DNA of 64,000 nt, from NCBI GenBank assembly GCA_036574075.1, contig JAINCN010000030.1, positions 18,029 through 82,028 on the forward strand, in the 5' to 3' direction. The stretch is from Deltaproteobacteria bacterium (GTDB lineage Bacteria > Desulfobacterota > Dissulfuribacteria > Dissulfuribacterales > UBA5754). A program made the translations under genes and the position numbers. Each line of letters opens with the position of its first letter. The first letter of the stretch is position 1. Under the pieces are notes generated by a model that worked only from the letters and a program-made list of their open reading frames with translations, made no database searches and had not been told where the DNA came from. Positions 55,942 to 64,000 of this stretch are shown piece after piece.

Positions 55942-56819
55942 GGTCGGGCGTAGCGCTGTATGGAGAGATACGTCATAAGGAGGCACAGAAGGACACTCGC
56001 AATGGAGACGGCCGCGACCACTGTCCACGGGAGAAAAACGATGGAGACGTCCTTGAAGAGGCGAGTCCCGGCAAGGAAACCTCGAAGGGAGAGAAACGCA
56101 AGATAGGTGCACATGATGGCAGCAGCAGCACCAACCGCGCCCTGGATCACGGCGGCCACGAGAAACGGGGCCTTGATGAAGGAGCTGGTCCCTCCGACAA
56201 GGCCCATAATCTCGATCTCGTCCTTACGGGCGAAGACAGAGAGCTGGATGGTCGTAGAGACCACAAAGGCCGCTGTCAGGAGGAGAAGGACGCTCACTCC
56301 GGCAAGGACGACATCTGCGGCATCCGTAAACGCGTTGAGTCGGGCGATCCACTCCTGTCCGTACTGGACCTTTTCCACGTTTTCGTAACCCTCTATCTCG
56401 TTCGCCACCTTCCTGACCCGGTCCAGATTGAAAATGGCCTTGTCGAGATAGAGCTCGAAAGAAGGGGGGAGAAATTGGGGATCCACCCCCTCGAGGACTG
56501 CCTTTTCCCCGGCGAGATCCTTTTCGAGACGGGCGAAGGCCTCCTCCGGAGACACGTAACGGACGGATTTCACACCGGCAAGCCGAGAAAGGGTATCGTA
56601 GAGTTGGGGAACTCGACCAGGCGGGGTCCCATCCTCGAGATAGACGACGAGGCCAAGCTCCGAGCTGAAACGATCGACAAAGACCCGAAGATTATGGGTG
56701 AAAAAGGCAAAACAGGAGATGATCAAAAGGGAGAGGGTCACCACGAGGGTGGTCAGGAGCTGACGGACCCAGTCCCTTTTCATGTCAGAGAGGGCGCGCC
56801 TGAAAAGGACACCGATCAT
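55938..56819 (-). CDS. ftsX: cell division permease-like protein FtsX
   Basis: 293 aa; four TM segments with a large first periplasmic loop; follows ftsE with a 4-nt overlap. Confidence 0.9.
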   Translation of the reverse strand: MIGVLFRRALSDMKRDWVRQLLTTLVVTLSLLIISCFAFFTHNLRVFVDRFSSELGLVVYLEDGTPPGRVPQLYDTLSRLAGVKSVRYVSPEEAFARLEKDLAGEKAVLEGVDPQFLPPSFELYLDKAIFNLDRVRKVANEIEGYENVEKVQYGQEWIARLNAFTDAADVVLAGVSVLLLLTAAFVVSTTIQLSVFARKDEIEIMGLVGGTSSFIKAPFLVAAVIQGAVGAAAAIMCTYLAFLSLRGFLAGTRLFKDVSIVFLPWTVVAAVSIASVLLCLLMTYLSIQRYARP

Positions 56820-57490
56820 GACGCAAGCCTCCCACCTTCGAGCCTCAACACCCGTCGGTATGTGTGGGCGAAAAACCGTTCGTTATGGGTCGCGAAGACG
56901 ATCGTAGTCCCCTGGGCATTGAGCTCATCCATGATGCCCATGACCTCGTCCGCCCGCCGGGTATCGAGATTTCCCGTGGGCTCGTCAGCCAGGATGATGG
57001 GCGGCCTGTTCACCACGGCCCGTGCGAGGGCCACCCTCTGCTGTTCCCCGCCCGAAAGTTGAAGGGGATAATGTTTCAGCTTTCCGGCAAGCCCTACGGC
57101 ATCAAGGACATGCCGGACCCTTTTTTCGATCTGGTCCCTGGAGACCCCGACGACCTCGAGGCTAAGGGCCACGTTCTCGAAGATCGTCTTGGCAGGTAGG
57201 AGCTTGAAGTCCTGGAAGACGACCCCGATCTTACGCCTAAGATACGGGATCTGTGCCCCGGCGACACTTGAAAGCGCAATGCCGTCGATCCAGATCTCTC
57301 CAGAGGTCGGCCTCTCCGCGCAAAACAGGAGCTTTAGGAACGTGGTCTTGCCCGAACCGCTCGGCCCTGTCAGAAAAACGAATTCGCCCTTTTCGATCTC
57401 ACAACTCACCTGAAAGAGAGAAACGATGTCTGGGGGATATGTCTTCGTGACCCCATCCATCCGGATGATCTGCTTTTCGAGTGCGGCCAT
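56816..57490 (-). CDS. ftsE: cell division ATP-binding protein FtsE
   Basis: GPSGSGKTT, LSGGEQQRVALARA, ILADEPTGNLD. Confidence 0.95.
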   Translation of the reverse strand: MAALEKQIIRMDGVTKTYPPDIVSLFQVSCEIEKGEFVFLTGPSGSGKTTFLKLLFCAERPTSGEIWIDGIALSSVAGAQIPYLRRKIGVVFQDFKLLPAKTIFENVALSLEVVGVSRDQIEKRVRHVLDAVGLAGKLKHYPLQLSGGEQQRVALARAVVNRPPIILADEPTGNLDTRRADEVMGIMDELNAQGTTIVFATHNERFFAHTYRRVLRLEGGRLAS

Positions 57491-57795
57491 ATTGTAAACC
57501 TTTCAAGCAGATGAAACGGATTTAAGGCACGGAATTGCCATGGGCAAGGATCCTCGGGGCATTCCTGAGGTCCCATGACCAACCGGCAGTTCAGGATTGA
57601 AGATGAAGGCCACCGACAGGCATTCTCAAGGCGTTTTGAGGTTCCCCTAAGGTACTTATCGGCGACTATAGCATTTTCCCGAAACAGTGCAATTTTTTCA
57701 AAATCGACGTCCGGGGTGTTTGTGGATGGAGGCGTCCATGGACGGGGCTCGATGGGGCTTAAGATTTCTCCTCGCTATCGCTCGTCGAAATGACA

Positions 57796-57970
57796 CCTGA
57801 ATCCGTGAGCCTACGGCCAGGGTATTTGTTCCGTGCGGCAAATAGCCCCCGTCCATGGGGGCAGATTTGCCGTTCGAGCCCCGTCCATGGGCGCCTCACT
57901 CCACAAATACCCCGGCCGTAGGCTTATGCTGTGAAATCGAAAGGTTGAGTGCATATCTCACGGATTCAGG
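57796..57970 (+). repeat. MITE-like element, copy F (best-preserved reference copy)
   Basis: cctgaatccgtgag...ctcacggattcagg 14-bp terminal inverted repeats; internal inverted pairs cctacggccagggtatttgt/acaaataccccggccgtagg and gcggcaaatagcc/ggcagatttgccg; flanked by tgaca on both sides. Confidence 0.85.
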
Positions 57971-58040
57971 TGACATTGCTGTCGCTGACCCTCCTGTCAT
58001 TTCGAGCGAAGCGAGAAATCTTGTCAATTCGGCCGTCGGC

Positions 58041-59684
58041 TCACGGATTCAGGCTTCTTTCAGAAGCCCGTTGTGTAAAGACCCTTGACATATTGAGCAG
58101 TGGGCGCACGAATTCCCATGCGCTTTTGATCTTCAGTATGCCTGCCGGGCAGGCATTGACGCATCTTCCACACCCCATGCATTCAACGGTTTTTATGCGG
58201 CCCGTTTTTACAAACTCCTTGACAGGGATCCCCATATCACATACCGATTCGCATTTACCACATTTAAGACATTTGTCTCCATCCGCCTCTATTCGATAGA
58301 AACCCAAATAGCTATACAGACCCCAAAGAGCTGCATACGGACAAAGTATCCTGCAGTAACTCCTGTTCCCAAAAAGCGGGAGGAAGAGATAACTGAAGTA
58401 GTAGCTCTCCGTAAGCACAGTGTAATAGTAGGTCCCAACCTTTTCATAGGCATGGACAGGATCGAAGATAATCCATCCTAAATACGTGAGCATAAATGCA
58501 AGAAATACGTATTTTAAGTAACGAAGCCTCCACCACAGACGGTTTCTGGGCGTCATCCTCCTGAAGGCGAAACCAACCGTCTCGCGCGTGGCCACACAGG
58601 GACAGTTCCACCCGCAGTCGAGTCTCCTTCCAAAAAAGAGCATCAAAAATCCGTAACCGAAAAACATGGCCGAGCCGATGACATGAATGGCAGGCCATAG
58701 GGAGTGTCTGCCGTCAAGTCCGGGAACCGTGATACCCATCACATAGGGCATGACACCCCAAAATATCAGATACAACCATACAATGACATGGATCCTGATC
58801 TTCTGGTATCGATCCTCCTTGAGAAAAAACCTGTAGAGCCCGAAGGCGAAGACAAAAACAAAGACCATAAAATCAGACAAATACATGGGCCTATCGCCCA
58901 CATCGAAGATCTTTTTGTTGAAAATGTGAGATATGACGAGAAGAACGGCGGCCCCGTAGCTTACTGCCCCAAGGGAGAGATATCGGCGGTCCCTGACCGC
59001 CTCCCTGAATATCCACCAGAGTATCTTGACCCCTGCCCTGACGCTCCCGGTTACTGTACCGCTTATCTTGGAGATCCCTGACCTGCGTTTCAGGTAATCC
59101 ACGGCCACTTCTTTAGTCCTCAGTCCCATACGCACGGCCTTGATCTGCATCTCCACGGTCCAGCCAAAATCGCGGTCTTCCATGGAGAGCCTTTCCAGGG
59201 CCGTCCAAGTGATCGCCCTGAACGGCCCCAAGTCCGTAAACCTCCTGCCCCATACAAGATAAATGAGAAAGACGGCCAGCATGTTGCCGAATCTCTGTAC
59301 AGCTGTAAGCGCCCCCTTCTCCACATTACCAAGGGCCCTGCTCCCTATTACCAGATCAAAGGCGCCTGATGCCAAAGGTGTCAGCAGCCTGCACATTTGA
59401 GAGAGATCTTCGCTGGCATCCCCATTGGCGAATACCACTATATCAGGGGGGGACTTTTGCAGGTGCTTCAAGGCGGCAAGACAGGCCGAACCGTATCCCC
59501 TAAGAGAGGCGGATACGACCTCAGCGCCAAGCGATGCGGCTATCCTCGCCGTATCGTCCTCGGAGCCGTTATCAGAAACGATTATTCTGTCCACATAATC
59601 CGGACAGTTTGAGATGACCTTCTCTATTCCCTGGGCCTCGTTGAGGGCCGGTATAACAAGGGCTACTGTTTTATTTTTGAACAT
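58041..59684 (-). CDS. family 2 glycosyltransferase fused to a polytopic membrane region and a C-terminal 2x[4Fe-4S] ferredoxin-like domain
   Basis: 547 aa; GT2 N-terminus VALVIPALNEAQGIEKV...VSDNGSEDDT...ANGDASED; about 8 hydrophobic segments; C-terminal CLKCGKCESVCDMG and CMGCGRCVNACPAG. Confidence 0.75.
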   Translation of the reverse strand: MFKNKTVALVIPALNEAQGIEKVISNCPDYVDRIIVSDNGSEDDTARIAASLGAEVVSASLRGYGSACLAALKHLQKSPPDIVVFANGDASEDLSQMCRLLTPLASGAFDLVIGSRALGNVEKGALTAVQRFGNMLAVFLIYLVWGRRFTDLGPFRAITWTALERLSMEDRDFGWTVEMQIKAVRMGLRTKEVAVDYLKRRSGISKISGTVTGSVRAGVKILWWIFREAVRDRRYLSLGAVSYGAAVLLVISHIFNKKIFDVGDRPMYLSDFMVFVFVFAFGLYRFFLKEDRYQKIRIHVIVWLYLIFWGVMPYVMGITVPGLDGRHSLWPAIHVIGSAMFFGYGFLMLFFGRRLDCGWNCPCVATRETVGFAFRRMTPRNRLWWRLRYLKYVFLAFMLTYLGWIIFDPVHAYEKVGTYYYTVLTESYYFSYLFLPLFGNRSYCRILCPYAALWGLYSYLGFYRIEADGDKCLKCGKCESVCDMGIPVKEFVKTGRIKTVECMGCGRCVNACPAGILKIKSAWEFVRPLLNMSRVFTQRASERSLNP

Positions 59685-59808
59685 CGGTCAACCACATTTT
59701 GTTGATTCCACTCCACAACCCCACTGTTGATGAACGATCAAAGTTCACGCCCCCTCAGGTCTCTGTAAGATCCCGAGGGTCTTCATCCCTGTCCGGGGAA
59801 TGCACAAT

Positions 59809-62800
59809 TCAGTGCCTTTCCCATAGGGGGCACGCGGGCCCGATGCATTCCCGGTTTTTGGCCGACTGCCGGCACCTGAGCGGGTAATCCGCCTTAAGCG
59901 TGACGGTAAGGAGCCACCGGGACCATTCCGCGGCCTTTACGAGGGCGATCCACGAGTCCCGCTGGCAGCAGCGGGCTGCGGCAAAACGGGCCTGCTCCTT
60001 GATCACTGATTGGCAGATCTCCTGCACCTGCCTGCGCTCCCGCGCCTTGATGGGGCTCGCCCCCAGGATGAGGCCAAAGGCGATGCCCACCCCAATGGCG
60101 GCTCCACACGCCCCGGTGAAGGCGCAGTTTCCGCCTGGAACAGCGCCTCCCCGCCTGAGTGCAGTCTCAAGCATCCCCTCTGTTACGTGTCCTCCCAGGT
60201 TCCTGTAGGTGGCAAGGATCAGCCCTGGCACCAGGATATGGTACTCCGGCCCGTGCATGGAGATGGATGGGTGCCTGCGGATGGCATCGAACAGGAATAC
60301 CATGTCGGTCTCCCGGGTGGTGCGCAGGGCATGGGCGATGAATGAAGCGGCATCCCGGCTGTGGCATGTATCGCAGACGAAGTGTCCCTGCTCGCACACC
60401 GCGTTTGCCGGAAGCTCGGCACCGCAGAAGAAACAGGCGTGGGTGGCCTCCTCCGGGAGATAACGAATGGGGGCGCCGCAGACCATACAGCCTGATACAT
60501 GCCTCTGGGAAAGAAGGGATATGGGCATGGTTCGACCCGAAGAAGATGCGCACGGTCCGCTCCCATGGCGACAGGCCGTTTCCGCAAGCGCCTGGGATTC
60601 GGCGCAGCAGGATGACGACGGTCCCCTGTCCGGCAAACAGCAGAAGGACGGGGCCATCTCCACGTTTGTGACCGCACCAGACTCGTCGAACACAAAGAGG
60701 TCGTGCGCATCCGCCAGGCCCGGGTCAAGGACGATCTCCCTCGTAGCCCCCACGGGAAGGATCTCGCCCCGGGTGGTCACTACCGCAGAGAACGGCCCCC
60801 GGTACATGACCTGCATCCTCTTGGGGGTCACGGGTTTTTCGGCCCTATAAGTCATGGAGAAAAATCGATGGCCCGAGACCTGACGGTACGGAAAACGTTT
60901 TAGGACCCGGGGGGCCACGAAACCCGCCTCTTCGAGGAGACCGAAGAGGTCCCGCTGCGTCAATGCCCCGGCGATGCACTGCCCCCGGAGGACGTCGTCG
61001 TTCCTGATGGCGGGGTCGGGCTCGGTCTCGCAGACCACATCCGAGATTACGAGACGCCCTCCAGGCTTGAGGACCCTGAATATCTCGGCAAAGGCCCGGC
61101 GCTTGTGGCCGGAAAGATTGATCACGCAGTTGGAAAGGACCACGTGTATGGCGGCATCCGGAACCGGCAGCTCCTCCAGATATCCCTTCCTGAAATCGAG
61201 GTTTCCGTATCCCAGTCTGGCCGCCACCTCCCGAGCACCCTTGTGCGCCCTTTGGAGCATGGACTCCAGCATGTCCACCCCGATGACCCATCCCTTTTCC
61301 CCAACGAGGCGGGATGCGATGAAACATTCGACACCGGTCCCACAACCGAGATCAAGCACGCGCTCTCCGGGTGCAAGCCCCGCGTCCAGGACCGGACTTC
61401 CGCAGCCGTAGCCCCGGAACCTGAACTCGGGCGGTATGTGGCTGACGATCTCATCCGGATAACAGACCGGGTTCAAGATGTCCTCCCGGGTCGTTTCCGA
61501 TGCGGCCTGATAAAAATCCTTCACCACGGTGCGGCTGTCCGGGGTTGCGGCAGCAAGGAGGCAGTTGGTGTGGGTGAGGGCCACGGCCCCATGGGCCCCG
61601 CAGCTTTCAAGGATGTCACCCATCCTGAGTCGAAGCCGCGGGGGGCCGGAGGCGGGTTCGTGCGCCGCCTCACGGGCGATGAGCCAAAGGGCCGTCTGTT
61701 CATGGAGGGATTCATACGGGTCCTGCCCAACAAAGCTGCCCCCATGCATGTAGCTATGGTCCGGATCCCCGCCCCCAAGAATAAAGCGAAGGGGCGAGGA
61801 GATCCGAGAAGCGGTTGCCTGTCTCACATGCTCGAGGACCGGGCTTTCCCGCCAGGCGCGGGCGAGATCAGGGCCGATCCCGGTCGCCAGGGCATCGACA
61901 CCCACGAGGGCCGCAGAGGGATAGAGCCGATCGTCCGGCCCGACTGCCACGGATTCCCATCCGCTCCCTGCACCGTCGTGGATTGTCCCGACTGGGGCAA
62001 AGACCTGTGACCTGAGGGCCGTCAGGTTGTCTATGGTGATCCCCGCCTTCTCGGCCCGATCCGCCGCCTTCACAAGCCGGGGGAAGATTTCTTCAGGCGT
62101 GGCAAACCTCTCCCTCGATCCGCGCCCGCGAACGAAATACCACATGAAATGGCAGTTCGAGGCCCCCACACCAGCTGCGAAATCGACCAAGTCCGGCATG
62201 TCCTGGACGTTTTCCGCATTCACGCACATGGACAGGGTGAAGGGGACCCCTAACTTCTTGAGCCATGCGAGGTTTTCCGTCAGGGTATCGAAGGCCCTGC
62301 GGCCCCGAATATGGTCGTGCCTCTTGCCAAGCCCATCCATGCTGATCTGGAGGTGGAAACGGTCACGAGGCCAGCGTTTGAGGCCCTTTTCGTGCTCCCT
62401 GAGGAGGGTGCCGTTCGTGAGGACCACCACATGGGAGGCCTTCCTCGAAAGGAGGTCCTCCACGATGGCATCGAAGTCAGGGTGGACCATGGGTTCCCCG
62501 CCGGTGAGGGCGAAAACCCGGCATCCGAGGGCATAGGCCTGGTCTGCAAGATCCTGGATGCGTGCTAAAGGAAGTTCCTCAGCCGTGACTGGCGAGCAGG
62601 CGAAAAGGCAGTGTCTGCATGCCTGGTTGCAGCGGTTGGTCACATGGAACCAGATCTCGCGCAAGTGGTCGAGGCAAAGGTGATGGGCCCGGCCGCTGTA
62701 GCAGCGGTCAGGCGGGTCTTCCGGAAGGCGCGACAAAAAGAGGCGCCCCTCCATATCGAGTGCCCCAGGACCGCCATCCGCAAGCCTTTTGAGTATCCTG

Positions 62801-62904
62801 TCTCCGGCATCGTTTGGGACAAACCAGTCAGGTCTGTCCCCCCTTACATAGATGGGTATCCCATCTGATTCGTACCGGGCCCAGCCCACTATGGAAAACG
62901 GCAT
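59809..62904 (-). CDS. tripartite fusion: radical SAM domain + ArsM-like SAM methyltransferase + Cys-rich C-terminal domain
   Basis: 1031 aa; HVTNRCNQACRHCLF radical-SAM cluster motif; methyltransferase VLDLGCGTGVE with YGCG, SNCVINL and GQCIAGAL cysteine motifs; C-terminal CMVCG...CFFCG...CEQGHFVCDTCH and GGNCAFTGACGAAIG. Confidence 0.7.
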   Translation of the reverse strand: MPFSIVGWARYESDGIPIYVRGDRPDWFVPNDAGDRILKRLADGGPGALDMEGRLFLSRLPEDPPDRCYSGRAHHLCLDHLREIWFHVTNRCNQACRHCLFACSPVTAEELPLARIQDLADQAYALGCRVFALTGGEPMVHPDFDAIVEDLLSRKASHVVVLTNGTLLREHEKGLKRWPRDRFHLQISMDGLGKRHDHIRGRRAFDTLTENLAWLKKLGVPFTLSMCVNAENVQDMPDLVDFAAGVGASNCHFMWYFVRGRGSRERFATPEEIFPRLVKAADRAEKAGITIDNLTALRSQVFAPVGTIHDGAGSGWESVAVGPDDRLYPSAALVGVDALATGIGPDLARAWRESPVLEHVRQATASRISSPLRFILGGGDPDHSYMHGGSFVGQDPYESLHEQTALWLIAREAAHEPASGPPRLRLRMGDILESCGAHGAVALTHTNCLLAAATPDSRTVVKDFYQAASETTREDILNPVCYPDEIVSHIPPEFRFRGYGCGSPVLDAGLAPGERVLDLGCGTGVECFIASRLVGEKGWVIGVDMLESMLQRAHKGAREVAARLGYGNLDFRKGYLEELPVPDAAIHVVLSNCVINLSGHKRRAFAEIFRVLKPGGRLVISDVVCETEPDPAIRNDDVLRGQCIAGALTQRDLFGLLEEAGFVAPRVLKRFPYRQVSGHRFFSMTYRAEKPVTPKRMQVMYRGPFSAVVTTRGEILPVGATREIVLDPGLADAHDLFVFDESGAVTNVEMAPSFCCLPDRGPSSSCCAESQALAETACRHGSGPCASSSGRTMPISLLSQRHVSGCMVCGAPIRYLPEEATHACFFCGAELPANAVCEQGHFVCDTCHSRDAASFIAHALRTTRETDMVFLFDAIRRHPSISMHGPEYHILVPGLILATYRNLGGHVTEGMLETALRRGGAVPGGNCAFTGACGAAIGVGIAFGLILGASPIKARERRQVQEICQSVIKEQARFAAARCCQRDSWIALVKAAEWSRWLLTVTLKADYPLRCRQSAKNRECIGPACPLWERH

Positions 62905-62951
62905 CCTTTAGTGTCTACACCGCAGTAAACACGATGGTGCAGGAAAAACCC

Positions 62952-63827
62952 CTATCTCTTTCCCCAGAAGTGGACGAGTGAGATCCCCCAGGTCTCACCC
63001 TTTGCAATGCTCTCGCCATAGAGGTCCCCACGGTAGAAGCCCTCCACCGAGAACCCCATGCCCACCTTTGCACCCAAGATGAGCTCCATGGTCCCGAGGT
63101 CGTACTCCACGCCGAGGGACGGGTTTAACTTGAAGGGCCCGTCCAGGGTCCTTGAGGGTCTGTCCCCGTTTCCGGCGGAAAGGATCCCAGAGAGCTTGGC
63201 CTGGGCATAAAGCCGCCACCAGTCGATGCCGTATTCGGCAACATACCGGATCTCGTCCGCCGGATCCCCCGTGCGCCAGCGGTATCCCGCCTCAAGATTC
63301 ACGTACCCGTATGGCCACAGGGACCGGCCTGCAAGGAGCCTCAGTTCGTAGTCCGTCTGGTTGTTGCCCGGCATGATCTCTTCGTCAGCGTCGTAGAGGA
63401 CCTCGCTCTTGACGAGAAATTGAGCGGAGAGGGCAGTAGCGCCCGTGAGGAAGCCGTATCTCGCGCCAAATTCCAGGTCCCCAAGGGTTTCTTGATCCGA
63501 GTACTTGAGGGTCTTGTCGTCCTCGCGACGATTCTTTCCCCAGTACATGTTCTTGTGGGGTAGGGAGGCGATGAGTGTAATCCGATCCGTTACCCCGTAC
63601 TCCCCGTACCACGTGACTTCGTGAGAACTGAAGGGGTATTCGAACGGGGTCCAGCCCTCTCCGCCGTGGGATCCGAAATTCTCGTCCGAATAGTAATAAT
63701 AATAGCTCAGTTTTTGGTAAAGCTCCCCCTGCTTCAGGGTCCAGGCCCCGGCGTGACAGACAGCAGGTGTCAAGGCTGCCGCCGCAAAGACTCCCATTGT
63801 TTTCACTATCATGCCCTTCATATCCAA
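62952..63827 (-). CDS. putative outer-membrane beta-barrel protein
   Basis: 291 aa; signal peptide ...AAALTPAVCHA; alternating aromatic/glycine-rich strands (YGEYG, EAGYRW, VEGFYRG); family not identified. Confidence 0.5.
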   Translation of the reverse strand: MDMKGMIVKTMGVFAAAALTPAVCHAGAWTLKQGELYQKLSYYYYYSDENFGSHGGEGWTPFEYPFSSHEVTWYGEYGVTDRITLIASLPHKNMYWGKNRREDDKTLKYSDQETLGDLEFGARYGFLTGATALSAQFLVKSEVLYDADEEIMPGNNQTDYELRLLAGRSLWPYGYVNLEAGYRWRTGDPADEIRYVAEYGIDWWRLYAQAKLSGILSAGNGDRPSRTLDGPFKLNPSLGVEYDLGTMELILGAKVGMGFSVEGFYRGDLYGESIAKGETWGISLVHFWGKR

Positions 63828-63858
63828 TCCTCCTTGATGGTTTGATGGTTTTGATCCT

Positions 63859-64000
63859 TTATGGAGATGCCCCGCTTGGCCGTCTTCTCTTCTCCCATTC
63901 CTCGGTCCCGCCCTCGAAGTTCTTCACGTCTTTAAAGCCGGAAAGCACGCTTACAGCCCATGCGTAACCGGAACGAATGCCGCCTGTGCAGTAGAAGACG
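63859..64000 (-). CDS. rhodanese-like domain protein (3' end only; gene continues beyond the window)
   Basis: Minus-strand translation VFYCTGGIRSGYAWAVSVLSGFKDVKNFEGGTEEWEKRRRPSGASP* contains the rhodanese active-site loop CTGGIRS; stop at 63859-63861. Confidence 0.7.
   Translation of the reverse strand, partial: VFYCTGGIRSGYAWAVSVLSGFKDVKNFEGGTEEWEKRRRPSGASP

Overview
GC-rich chromosomal window from a flagellated, probably anaerobic bacterium; the lineage cannot be assigned from sequence alone. Most of it is housekeeping. On the + strand: mutS, a pal/skp envelope block, transketolase, and a large flagellar rod/ring/hook-junction cluster (fliK-like, flhB-CTD-like, flgF-G-A-H-I-J, flgN-like, flgK, flgL, csrA, fliW). 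On the - strand: a futalosine menaquinone block (mqnE-mqnC-amidohydrolase-mqnA-ubiE-rnhA), a purL operon, and ftsE-ftsX-envC-ctpA-yibQ. lolA-nadA is also present. The accessory part lies at about 34.5-43.2 kb. It holds a mirror-symmetric adaptation-only CRISPR module, cas2-cas1-cas1'-cas2', in which the second Cas1 appears to have lost its catalytic residues. A 63-repeat/62-spacer array with a 37-nt repeat follows. No effector, cas6, cas4 or RT gene is anywhere in the window. The module is preceded by two families of long hairpin repeats and followed by REP-like palindromes, a frameshifted DNA-methyltransferase remnant and a RelE/ParE-ParD-like TA pair. The spacers show internal structure: variant pairs, one exact duplicate, one opposite-strand pair, and a bias for being antisense to SD+ATG gene starts. 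A ~175-bp MITE-like element with cctgaatccgtgag termini is scattered through the intergenic regions, and its terminus supplies the stop codon of three genes. At the right end a - strand cluster encodes a 1031-aa fusion of a radical-SAM domain, an ArsM-like methyltransferase and a Cys-rich domain, next to a GT2-membrane-ferredoxin fusion, a beta-barrel protein and a rhodanese. No tRNA or rRNA genes were found. All calls rest on reading the translations and the DNA by eye; no database search was run.
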